Shown one piece after another: positions 16,614-24,904 of a stretch of DNA of 64,000 nucleotides. A program made the position numbers and the translations under genes. Position 1 is the stretch's first letter. Each line of letters opens with the position of its first letter. Under the pieces are notes generated by a model. That model made no database searches. It was not told the DNA's origin and worked only from the letters and a program-made list of their open reading frames with translations. The DNA comes from Novosphingobium sp. (GTDB lineage Bacteria > Pseudomonadota > Alphaproteobacteria > Sphingomonadales > Sphingomonadaceae). The stretch spans positions 13,886-77,885 of the forward strand of contig DASZZS010000007.1 of the NCBI GenBank assembly GCA_035543295.1, read 5' to 3'.

Positions 16614-17954
16614 ATGGGACGCAAATACTTCGGCACCGACGGGATTCGCGGACGCACCAATATGGGCGTGATGACCGCCGCCACGGCGATGAAAGTCGGG
16701 CAGGCGGCGGGTACGCATTTTCTGCGTGGCGGGCACAAACACCGGGTCGTGGTCGGCAAGGACACGCGGCTGTCGGGCTATATGATGGAAAGCGCGCTGG
16801 TCGCGGGTTTCACCAGCGTGGGGATGGATGTAGTGATGCTCGGCCCCTTGCCGACGCCCGCCATCGCGATGCTCACGCGCGAGATGCGCGCCGACCTTGG
16901 CGTGATGATTTCGGCCAGCCACAACCCTTATGAGGACAACGGCATCAAGCTGTTCGGACCCGACGGGTTCAAGCTGTCCGATGCCGACGAGCTGGCGATC
17001 GAGGCGATGCTCGAGGCCGACCAGCCCCTCGCCGATGCGCCCGATGTGGGCCGCGCGCGGCGGATCGACGATGCGCGCGGGCGTTACATCCACGCGGTCA
17101 AGGCCTCGCTGCCCGACAATGTCCGGCTCGACGGGCTCAAGATCGTGGTCGATTGCGCCCATGGTGCCGCTTACCAGGTCGCGCCCTCGGCGCTGTGGGA
17201 GCTGGGCGCCGAAGTGATCGCGCTCGGGGTCACGCCCAACGGCAAGAACATCAACGACCAGGTCGGCTCGACGCATCTTGAGGCGATCAAGCAAAGCGTG
17301 ATCGAAAGCGGCGCGGACATCGGCATCGCGCTCGATGGCGATGCCGACCGGCTGATCGTGGTCGACGAGCATGGCCGCACGGTCGACGGCGACCAGCTGA
17401 TGGCGCTGATCGGCACGCAGTGGGCGGCGCAAGGGCGGTTGCGCGGCGGCGGGGTGGTGGCGACGGTGATGTCCAACCTCGGGCTCGAGCGGTTCCTGAG
17501 CGGACAGGGGCTGGAGCTGGTGCGCACCAAGGTCGGCGACCGCCACGTGCTCGAAGCGATGCGGCGAGGCGGCTACAATGTCGGCGGCGAGCAATCGGGT
17601 CATATGATCCTGCTCGATCACGCCACCACCGGCGATGGGACCGTGGCGGCGTTGCAAGTGCTCGCCGCGCTGGTCCAGTCGGGCAAGCGCGCCAGCGAGC
17701 TGCTGCATCTGTTCGATCCGGTTCCGCAGCTGCTCAAGAATGTCCGGTTTGCGGGTGGGAAGCCGCTGGAAGATGCGCGGGTCAAAACCGTTATCGCCGA
17801 TGCCGAAGCGCAGCTGGTGGGCAAGGGCCGTCTGGTGATCCGTCCTTCGGGCACCGAACCGGTGATCCGCGTGATGGCCGAGAGCGACGACGAGGCGCAA
17901 GTCCATCGCGTGGTCGAAGCGATCTGCGACGCGGTGCGCGAGGCGGCGGCATGA
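16614..17954 (+). CDS. glmM: Phosphoglucosamine mutase
   Basis: [16 protein letters not shown]..., the active-site sequence [14 protein letters not shown], and GEQSGH. Confidence 0.95.
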   Translation: MGRKYFGTDGIRGRTNMGVMTAATAMKVGQAAGTHFLRGGHKHRVVVGKDTRLSGYMMESALVAGFTSVGMDVVMLGPLPTPAIAMLTREMRADLGVMISASHNPYEDNGIKLFGPDGFKLSDADELAIEAMLEADQPLADAPDVGRARRIDDARGRYIHAVKASLPDNVRLDGLKIVVDCAHGAAYQVAPSALWELGAEVIALGVTPNGKNINDQVGSTHLEAIKQSVIESGADIGIALDGDADRLIVVDEHGRTVDGDQLMALIGTQWAAQGRLRGGGVVATVMSNLGLERFLSGQGLELVRTKVGDRHVLEAMRRGGYNVGGEQSGHMILLDHATTGDGTVAALQVLAALVQSGKRASELLHLFDPVPQLLKNVRFAGGKPLEDARVKTVIADAEAQLVGKGRLVIRPSGTEPVIRVMAESDDEAQVHRVVEAICDAVREAAA

Positions 17955-18178
17955 GCCTTGAAATGCGCCCCGATTGTGAGCGCTGCGGCATGGATTTGCC
18001 CGCCGAAGCTCCCGGCGCGTTCATCTGCAGCTTCGAATGTACGTTCTGCGCGACATGCGCCGATGCGCGCGACGATCGCTGCCCCAATTGCGGGGGCGAA
18101 CTGGTCGACCGCCCGACCCGGGCTAAGGCATTGCACGACAAACATCCGCCCTCGACGGTGCGGAAGTTCAAGGGCTAA
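17951..18178 (+). CDS. DUF1272-type small Cys-rich (zinc-ribbon-like) protein
   Basis: 75 aa: [55 protein letters not shown]... The start overlaps the glmM stop (ATGA) and the stop abuts the thiD ATG (TAATG). Confidence 0.7.
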   Translation: MSLEMRPDCERCGMDLPAEAPGAFICSFECTFCATCADARDDRCPNCGGELVDRPTRAKALHDKHPPSTVRKFKG

Positions 18179-18927
18179 TGCCCCCGCCGCGCATCCTCGC
18201 GATTGCCGGGTCGGACAGTTCGGGCGGGGCGGGCATCCAGGCCGATATCAAGACGATCACGATGCTCGGTGGCTATGCGATGACCGCGATCACTGCGGTG
18301 ACCGCGCAGAACAGCTTGGGCGTCACGGCGGTCGAGCTGCTCTCGCCGGAAATGGTAGCAGCGCAGATCGACGCCTGCGTCAGCGATATCGGGGTCGATG
18401 CGGTCAAGATCGGAATGCTGGGTTCGCCCGCTATTGCCGCAGTCGTGGCGGAGCGGCTGTCAGGCCTTGCAGTGCCAATTGTCTTCGATCCGGTAATGAT
18501 CGCCAGCAGCGGCGTTGCGCTCGCCGACGCCGCTACGATCGTCGGATTCGAGCGACTGATGAGACTGGCCGCGCTGACCACGCCCAATGTCGCCGAACTG
18601 GCGGCGCTGGGCGGTCACGAGGGCATGGCGGCGCGCAACGTTCCCTACCTCGCCAAGGGCGGCGATGCGCCCGGCGACAGGATCGAGGATTTGCTGATGG
18701 TCCCCGGCGAAGCGCCGCACAGCTTCGCCGCGCAGCGGATCGTCACCCGTCACACCCACGGCACCGGCTGCACCTTGTCGAGCGCAATTGCGACCTATCT
18801 GGGCCGGGGACTGCCGCTGGCCGAAGCGATCGACCGCGCCCGGGCTTTCGTCAGGTCGGCGCTACGTGCTGCACCGGGTTTTGGACAAGGCCACGGACCA
18901 ATGGGCCACGCCGACGCGCGCGGTTAG
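18178..18927 (+). CDS. thiD: Hydroxymethylpyrimidine/phosphomethylpyrimidine kinase
   Basis: ILAIAGSDSSGGAGIQADIKTITMLGGYAMTAITAVTAQNSLGV and THGTGCTLSSAIA. Confidence 0.9.
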   Translation: MPPPRILAIAGSDSSGGAGIQADIKTITMLGGYAMTAITAVTAQNSLGVTAVELLSPEMVAAQIDACVSDIGVDAVKIGMLGSPAIAAVVAERLSGLAVPIVFDPVMIASSGVALADAATIVGFERLMRLAALTTPNVAELAALGGHEGMAARNVPYLAKGGDAPGDRIEDLLMVPGEAPHSFAAQRIVTRHTHGTGCTLSSAIATYLGRGLPLAEAIDRARAFVRSALRAAPGFGQGHGPMGHADARG

Positions 18928-19796
18928 GCGTCCAGATCGTAAAACTTGACGATTCCCGCCCAGGCTTCCTCGGCGGTCTCCACCCAGGTGAACAGCTCGA
19001 GGTCGGCGTGGTTGATCACGCCTTCCTCGGCCATCGCCTCGAAGTTGATCACCCGGTTCCAGAACTCCTTGCCGAACAGCAGGATCGGGATCGGCTTCAT
19101 CTTGCCGGTCTGGATCAGCGTCAAGAGTTCCATGAACTCGTCGAGCGTGCCGAACCCGCCGGGGAACACCGCAACCGCGCGCGCGCGGAGCAGGAAGTGC
19201 ATCTTGCGCAGCGCGAAATAGTGGAACTGGAACGACAAATGCGGGGTGACATAGCCGTTGGGGGCCTGCTCGTGCGGCAGCACGATGTTCAGCCCGATCG
19301 ATTCGGCCCCGGCTTCTTCCGCACCGCGATTAGCGGCCTCCATGATCGACGGGCCCCCGCCCGAGCAGATCACGAACTGGCGCATGCCCTTTTCGACGAT
19401 CGCCTGTTCGCTGGCGATCCGTGCCAGCGCGCGGGCCTGTTCGTAATATTTCGAATTGGCAACCAGCCGCTCGACCACCGCCTTGCGCTCGGGCGTGGTT
19501 GCCGAATTGAGCGCCGCCTCGGCCATTTCGGGCGAGGGAATCCGCGCCGAGCCATAGCACACCAGCGTCGAGCCGATCTTCGCCTCTTCGAGCAGCATCT
19601 CGGTCTTGAGCAGTTCAAGCTGGAAGCGGACCGGGCGGAGTTCCTCGCGCAGCAGGAAGTCGGTGTCGCGGAACGCCAGCCGATACGACGGATCGCGCTG
19701 CTGCGGTGTGGTTTGCGGGTGCGATTCGACGAACGAGGCTTCGTCTTCGGCCTTGTAGAAGCGGCGGCGGGTGAGTCTTTTCTCGGATTCGGTCAT
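18924..19796 (-). CDS. LOG/TIGR00730-family Rossmann protein (nucleotide 5'-monophosphate nucleosidase-like)
   Basis: Start at MTESEKRL (19796). It carries the motifs CSGGGPSIMEAANRGA and FPGGFGTLDEFMELLTLIQTGK. The longer upstream ORF extension runs through a tRNA and a repeat and is rejected. Confidence 0.8.
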   Translation of the reverse strand: MTESEKRLTRRRFYKAEDEASFVESHPQTTPQQRDPSYRLAFRDTDFLLREELRPVRFQLELLKTEMLLEEAKIGSTLVCYGSARIPSPEMAEAALNSATTPERKAVVERLVANSKYYEQARALARIASEQAIVEKGMRQFVICSGGGPSIMEAANRGAEEAGAESIGLNIVLPHEQAPNGYVTPHLSFQFHYFALRKMHFLLRARAVAVFPGGFGTLDEFMELLTLIQTGKMKPIPILLFGKEFWNRVINFEAMAEEGVINHADLELFTWVETAEEAWAGIVKFYDLDA

Positions 19797-19829
19797 TGGG
19801 AGTTCTTGGGCCTTTGGAGTGAGTCTTGT

Positions 19830-19954
19830 CCAGCCTAACGGCTGGAAGCGGCCCACTCCCCCACCCGGCCACCCAATACTAGGGTAACCTATGGGTGGCC
19901 GGGTGGGGGAGTGGGCCGGTGCCGCGAGGCCAAGCCGGAAGGCTTGGCCGCACC
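19830..19954. repeat. GC-rich triple-hairpin element (family 1), containing a perfect 27-bp inverted repeat
   Basis: Arms 19849-19875 (CGGCCCACTCCCCCACCCGGCCACCCA) and 19892-19918 are exact complements around a loop containing TAGG-GTAA-CCTA. They are flanked by the hairpins CCAGCC/GGCTGG (19830-19845) and GGCCAAGCC-GGAA-GGCTTGGCC (19928-19949). A related copy lies at 31838-31964. Confidence 0.75.
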
Positions 19955-19964
19955 AGACAAAAAG

Positions 19965-20038
19965 TGGATGCCCCGCGAGGATTCGAACCTCGATTGACGG
20001 TGTCAGAGACCGTAGTCTTACCATTAGACGACAGGGCA
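19965..20038 (-). tRNA. tRNA-Gln (anticodon CUG)
   Basis: The reverse complement reads TGCCCTGTCGTCTAATGGTAAGACTACGGTCTCTGACACCGTCAATCGAGGTTCGAATCCTCGCGGGGCATCCA. It has a U1-A72 pair, an ACGGT/ACCGT anticodon stem with loop CTCTGAC, a GGTTCGAATCC T-arm and an encoded CCA. Confidence 0.9.
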
Positions 20039-20172
20039 GCAGGCGGGTGCCTCTAGGCAAGTCACTTTGGCGCGTCAAGGTGCAGCGGGCTTGCTCGATC
20101 GCGCGCCCACCGCTACAATCGATGTCAGGTACTCGCCGCATCCGGCGGGAAAACGATAAGAGTTATGCGATC

Positions 20173-21357
20173 ATGGCGGACGATTTTCCGCCGCGCGCGC
20201 GCGAGGAGATACGGAGCTACGCAGGCCCGGACCACAGTTCGACCGGCCAGCCATCGCCCGACCTCCAGCGCTCGCCCGGCGATCCGACCGACGGCCAGCC
20301 TCTCCCGCAGGTGCCGTTTCCGCGCCCTTCCTTCCAGCACCGCCAAGCCTATGCCGCGATTGATCTCGGCACCAACAACTGCCGCCTGCTGATCGCGCGT
20401 CCTTCGGGTGAGAACTTTGTGGTGATCGATGCTTTCAGCCGGGTGGTGCGGCTGGGCGAGGGACTGGCGCAAACCGGCAAGCTCAGCGACGAAGCGATGG
20501 ACCGGGCGCTTGGCGCGCTTCATGTTTGCGCGGACAAGCTGCGCCGCCGCAATGTCCACCTCGCCCGGTCGGTGGCGACCGAGGCCTGTCGGCGGGCGAC
20601 CAACGGCGCGGACTTCATGGAGCGGGTGCGGTCCGAAACCGGGATCGTGCTCGACATCATCAGCGCGCAGGAAGAAGCGCGCCTCGCGGTGCTGGGCTGC
20701 CATATCCTGCTCGAACAGGGCGACGGGCCGGCGATGATCTTCGATATCGGTGGCGGTTCGACCGAGCTGGTGCTGGTCGAAAGCGGCGGTCCGGTGCCGC
20801 ACATCCTCGATTGGCAAAGCGTGCCGTGGGGGGTGGTCTCACTGACCGAAACCTGCGGTCCCGAGCAGGCCGGGGCCGCACCGCGCGCCGAGCGCTATGC
20901 TCGCATGCGCGCACTGGTGCGCGACAGTTTTGCCCATTTTGCGCAGCGGATCGCGCCCGAACGCAACAAGCGGCATGACGGCACCGAACTGCGCTTGCTG
21001 GGGACCAGCGGCACAGTGACCACGCTCGCCAGCCTGCACCTCGATTTGCCGCAGTACGATCGCCGTGCGGTCGATGGCTTGATTGTCCCGGCTGCGTCGA
21101 TGCGCGCGATCAGCGAACGGCTGTCGACGCTTTCCCCCGCCGATCGCTGCGAAGTTCCGTGCATCGGGCGCGAGCGCAGCGATTTGGTGGTGGCGGGCTG
21201 CGCGATCCTCGAGACGATCCTCGATCTGTGGCCGGCCGACCGGCTGGGCGTCGCCGACCGCGGCATCCGCGAGGGCATCCTGCGCAGCCTGATGGCGGCG
21301 GGCGAGGATGCCGAGCGCGGCCGGGCTACGGTACTGCGCGCGCGGCGCGGCGCATGA
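20173..21357 (+). CDS. Ppx/GppA-family phosphatase
   Basis: Start at MADDFPP. It has AAIDLGTNNCRLLIA, SVATEACRRATNG and IFDIGGGSTEL (ASKHA-fold phosphate loops). Confidence 0.85.
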   Translation: MADDFPPRAREEIRSYAGPDHSSTGQPSPDLQRSPGDPTDGQPLPQVPFPRPSFQHRQAYAAIDLGTNNCRLLIARPSGENFVVIDAFSRVVRLGEGLAQTGKLSDEAMDRALGALHVCADKLRRRNVHLARSVATEACRRATNGADFMERVRSETGIVLDIISAQEEARLAVLGCHILLEQGDGPAMIFDIGGGSTELVLVESGGPVPHILDWQSVPWGVVSLTETCGPEQAGAAPRAERYARMRALVRDSFAHFAQRIAPERNKRHDGTELRLLGTSGTVTTLASLHLDLPQYDRRAVDGLIVPAASMRAISERLSTLSPADRCEVPCIGRERSDLVVAGCAILETILDLWPADRLGVADRGIREGILRSLMAAGEDAERGRATVLRARRGA

Positions 21358-22019
21358 GCCGATCGGGCCGCGATCTGGGCACGCGGGTCAAGACCGCCAA
21401 GGGGCGCACCGCCAGTTCGAACCGCTGGCTCGCGCGCCAACTCAACGATCCCTATGTCAAACAGGCCAAGGCCGACGGCTATCGCAGCCGCGCGGCCTAC
21501 AAGCTGGCCGAGCTCGACGAGCGCTTCACCCTGCTGCGCGGCGTCGAGCGCGTGATCGATCTGGGCATCGCACCCGGCGGGTGGAGCCAGGTGGTCCGGC
21601 TCAAGGCACCCAAGGCCAAAGTGGTGGGGATCGACCTGCTGCCGACCGACCCGATCGACGGGGTGACGATTTTCGAGATGGACTTCATGGCCGACGAAGC
21701 GCCCGCCGCGCTCGAAGCGGCGCTGGAAGGTGCGCCCGACCTGATCCTGTCGGACATGGCCGCCAACACCGTCGGTCACAAGCAGACCGACCATTTGCGC
21801 ACAATGGGGCTGGTCGAAACCGCCGCCGATTTCGCGATCGCCGCGCTGGCACCGGGGGGGGCGTTCGTTGCCAAAGTGTTGGCGGGCGGGACCGACACCC
21901 AGCTGCTCACGCTGCTCAAGCGTCATTTCACCGCGGTCAAACACGCCAAGCCGCCCGCGAGCCGCAAAGGCTCGTCGGAATGGTACGTCATTGCCCAAGG
22001 ATTCAAGGGCCGGACGTAG
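21354..22019 (+). CDS. rlmE: 23S rRNA (uridine2552-2'-O)-methyltransferase
   Basis: WLARQLNDPYVKQAKADGYRSRAAYKLAELDERF, DLGIAPGGWSQV and SDMAANTVGH. The start overlaps the ppx stop (ATGA). Confidence 0.9.
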   Translation: MSRSGRDLGTRVKTAKGRTASSNRWLARQLNDPYVKQAKADGYRSRAAYKLAELDERFTLLRGVERVIDLGIAPGGWSQVVRLKAPKAKVVGIDLLPTDPIDGVTIFEMDFMADEAPAALEAALEGAPDLILSDMAANTVGHKQTDHLRTMGLVETAADFAIAALAPGGAFVAKVLAGGTDTQLLTLLKRHFTAVKHAKPPASRKGSSEWYVIAQGFKGRT

Positions 22020-22449
22020 CCGGTTCGCCGAGCAAGCGCCCGATCAGCCCGACTTTCCTGGGAGACGCCTGTAGCGCCGCGATCAGTGTCTCGGGTGCGT
22101 AGGGCTTTTCGAGTATCGTTCCCAACTCGGCTATATGGGCTGGGATCACGCCAGGGTTGGCTGTGGAAAAGACGATGCGCGGCGGTTTGGGGCCAAGTTG
22201 GGTCAAAAGTTCGGCAATCGCCCAACCATCGTCGCGGTCGGCCAGGTGGACGTCGAGGATGACCAAGTCGGGGCGGCGGCTCTCAAGTTCGGCAAGCGCG
22301 GCGTCGGTGCTCGCGCAGCAGTGAACCGACCTGGCTCCGCCATCGAGCAACGCCTGTTCGATCGCCATGCACAGGATCGCGTCGTCCTCGACCACCAGCA
22401 CATGACCAAGCGAGCCGCGCTTTTTCCTGCTCTTGGTCGTGCTGGTCAT
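22003..22449 (-). CDS. Single-domain response regulator (receiver only)
   Basis: 148 aa: VLVVEDDAILCMAIEQAL...DLVILDVHLADRDDG...ILEKPY. There is no output domain. A perfect EcfG box lies 25 nt upstream of the ATG. Confidence 0.85.
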   Translation of the reverse strand: MTSTTKSRKKRGSLGHVLVVEDDAILCMAIEQALLDGGARSVHCCASTDAALAELESRRPDLVILDVHLADRDDGWAIAELLTQLGPKPPRIVFSTANPGVIPAHIAELGTILEKPYAPETLIAALQASPRKVGLIGRLLGEPATSGP

Positions 22450-22474
22450 GGCAGGTTCTCTCGGTCAGCCACAG

Positions 22475-22499
22475 AACGCTGCGAATGCTGCGACGTTCC
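22475..22499 (-). promoter_or_regulatory. EcfG-type promoter of the single-domain response regulator, GGAAC-N16-CGTT
   Basis: On the minus strand, GGAAC is at 22499-22495, followed by a 16-nt spacer and CGTT at 22478-22475. It lies in the 55-nt gap between the upstream gene's stop (22505) and the regulator ATG (22449). Confidence 0.65.
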
Positions 22500-22504
22500 C
22501 CCGT

Positions 22505-23662
22505 TCAGAGCGCTTTGTCGTAAATCGTATACACCTTGTTGACCGTGGTTCCGATCGCCTCGGCGATCGCGTTCATCCCCTGGTTGTCGTCGAGAATCCA
22601 GCCGATCTCGCCGCGCGTCGCGCCGTATTCGGATATCGCGGCGCGGCGGATGTATTCGATCATCATGAAGGCCAGCTGGCTGGCGAGCCGCGATGCCTGG
22701 AGACGTTTTTTGACACCCATCAGCGGGACGCGCATATCGGCGTTGGTCGGCTTGCGCAGCCACCACAGCAGTCTGGCCCAGCCCAGCGGGAACAGCTTGC
22801 CTTTGATCGCTTTGATCACCCGGTTGGCGTCGGGCAGCGTCATCATGAAGGCCACCGGCTCGCCATCGAGTTCGGCGATCATGATCAAATCTTCGCGCAC
22901 CAGCGGCTTCAGCTTCTTGCCGGTATAGGCAACCTCGCTGTCGGTGATCGGCACGAAGCCCCAATTATCCGACCACGCGTCGTTGAGGATCGCGAGGATT
23001 GTCGCCGCTTCCTCGTCGAAGCGCTTCAGCTCGACCTTGCGGATGCGGATCCGGGGATTTTTCTCGCCCGATGCGATGATCCGCTGGAGCAGCGGCGGGA
23101 ACGGCCGGGTGATGTCGAGCTCGTAGGTATAGAGCGTCTTCGCGGTGGCATAGCCCAAGGCTTCGATCCACGGCTGGTACTTGGGCGAATGATGGCCCAT
23201 CATCACCGTGGGCGGATGGTCGAATCCCTTGACCAGCAGGCCGGGCTCTTCCCAGATCGACAGGCTGATCGGTGCGAGGACGCGATGCATGCCCTGGCCG
23301 CGCAGCCAGTCTTCGGCCGCTGCGATCAGCAAGCCCGCGCTGGCTTCATCCTCCGCCTCGAACAGGCCCCAATTGCCGGTGCCGGGCCCCATCCCTTGCT
23401 CGACCGGCATGCTCAGCGCCTGCTGGTCGATATGCGCGGAAATTCGGCCCACCACCCTGTCCCCGCACCGCGCGAGGAAGAACTGGTGGGTGGCATGTTC
23501 GAAGAACGGGTTTTTGCCCGGGGTGATCATTTCGACCGCTTCGGAGCGCAGCGGCGGCACCCAGTTGGGATCGTTGGCATAGAGGCGGTAGGGCAGGTCG
23601 ACGAAGGCGGCCGTGTCAGCCTTGCTGGAGACGGGTGCAATGGCTATTTGGGCGTGGGCCAC
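22505..23662 (-). CDS. Large (double-lobed) GNAT-like acyltransferase of unknown substrate
   Basis: ORF 22505..23950. I prefer the GTG at 23662 (VAHAQIAIAPVSSKADTAAFVDLPYRLYANDPNWVPPL...). The pattern of a conserved 'N-acetyltransferase' family is recalled from annotation, and the start is uncertain. Confidence 0.55.
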   Translation of the reverse strand: MAHAQIAIAPVSSKADTAAFVDLPYRLYANDPNWVPPLRSEAVEMITPGKNPFFEHATHQFFLARCGDRVVGRISAHIDQQALSMPVEQGMGPGTGNWGLFEAEDEASAGLLIAAAEDWLRGQGMHRVLAPISLSIWEEPGLLVKGFDHPPTVMMGHHSPKYQPWIEALGYATAKTLYTYELDITRPFPPLLQRIIASGEKNPRIRIRKVELKRFDEEAATILAILNDAWSDNWGFVPITDSEVAYTGKKLKPLVREDLIMIAELDGEPVAFMMTLPDANRVIKAIKGKLFPLGWARLLWWLRKPTNADMRVPLMGVKKRLQASRLASQLAFMMIEYIRRAAISEYGATRGEIGWILDDNQGMNAIAEAIGTTVNKVYTIYDKAL

Positions 23663-23810
23663 GATCTTGCCTTTGTTGTGAGATAGCGGAATTTCGAACC
23701 CGCGACCTGCGTTGGGACTTGGCAATTTGTCAAGCCGAGCGGGCAGCCAGCGCGGGAATGGTGAAGGAGCCGGGTCGCGGCTCCAGCCTTGGGCGTTCTG
23801 GAAAGATTGC

Positions 23811-24902
23811 ATGACTGCGCACGGAATTATCGACGTCCCGTCTGCCACGCTGGCACGCTCGCCCGAGCGGCAGGCGGCTGCGGCGATCCCCGACGACAAG
23901 CACCTGCTCCGCGCCGCAGTCGAGCTGAGCCGCGACATTTCGGTCGCCAAGCCAGCGATCTATTGGGCGGACATGCTGGGGTCCGCCGCGCTGGGCTATG
24001 CCGCGCTGGCGGTGGCGATCCTGGTCGGTAACCCGTTCCTTGCGGGCGCTTGTGGCATCGTCGCCGCACTGGCGCTCTACCGCGCGCTGCTATTCATCCA
24101 TGAGCTGACGCATATCCACCCCACCGCGCTGCCGGGTTTCCGGCTGGCGTGGAATCTGCTGGTCGGCGTGCCGATGATGATGCCCTCGCTGATGTATGAG
24201 AACGTCCACACGCTGCACCACGCGCGGACCCGCTATGGCACCGCGGACGATCCGGAATATTTGCCGCTCGCGCTGATGAAGCCGTGGTCGCTGCCGCTGT
24301 TTATTGTGGTGGCGATGCTGTTGCCGGTCGGCTTGCTGCTGCGCTCAGCCGTCTTGGTGCCGCTTGGTGCATTGGTTCCCCCGCTCCGGCGCTTGGTGTG
24401 GGAACGTGCCTCGGCGTTGTCGATCAACCCCGATTTCCGCCGCCGCCCGGCCGAAGGCAAGTTCGCCGTCATGGTGCGCTGGCAGGAGACGGGGGCGTGG
24501 CTGTGGTCGTGGTTCCTGATCGCCACGGCGGTGCTCTACGATTGGCGCCCGCTGGCGATCGGCCTGGCGGTGATTTCGGTCACCGCAGTGCTCAACCAGC
24601 TGCGCACGCTGGTCGCGCACCTGTGGGAGAACGAGGGCGAGCCGATGACCGTCACCGCGCAATATCTCGACACGGTCAATGTCCCCCCGCCCGGCTTGTG
24701 GGCCGAACTCTGGGCCCCGGTCGGCCTGCGCTACCACGCGCTGCATCATCTGCTGCCGAGCATGCCCTACCACTCGTATCCCGAAGCGCACCGGCGGCTG
24801 GCGGCGCATGCGAGTGGGAGTGTTACCTATGCCAAGGCGAGCTACGCCGGGATGCTCCCGCTGGTCGGCAAGATCGCGCGCAGCACGATGGGCTTTCGCT
24901 GA
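23811..24902 (+). CDS. Membrane fatty-acid desaturase family protein
   Basis: Start at MTAHGIID (23811). There are three His boxes: HELTH, HTLHH and HALHH. The protein has multiple TM helices. Confidence 0.8.
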   Translation: MTAHGIIDVPSATLARSPERQAAAAIPDDKHLLRAAVELSRDISVAKPAIYWADMLGSAALGYAALAVAILVGNPFLAGACGIVAALALYRALLFIHELTHIHPTALPGFRLAWNLLVGVPMMMPSLMYENVHTLHHARTRYGTADDPEYLPLALMKPWSLPLFIVVAMLLPVGLLLRSAVLVPLGALVPPLRRLVWERASALSINPDFRRRPAEGKFAVMVRWQETGAWLWSWFLIATAVLYDWRPLAIGLAVISVTAVLNQLRTLVAHLWENEGEPMTVTAQYLDTVNVPPPGLWAELWAPVGLRYHALHHLLPSMPYHSYPEAHRRLAAHASGSVTYAKASYAGMLPLVGKIARSTMGFR

Positions 24903-24904
24903 CG

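Noticed and set aside
18924-20141. Full 405-aa extent of the minus-strand ORF containing the LOG-family gene
   Set aside because: The upstream 115 codons run through tRNA-Gln and the 27-bp inverted-repeat element. The conserved protein starts at MTESEK (19796).
23680-23725. tRNA-like fragment (GGAATTTCGAACCCGCGACC resembles a T-arm), possibly a relic att site
   Set aside because: I could not fold a T-stem/loop or an acceptor stem from the surrounding sequence on either strand. No integrase or island is nearby. The TTCGAA similarity is probably coincidental.
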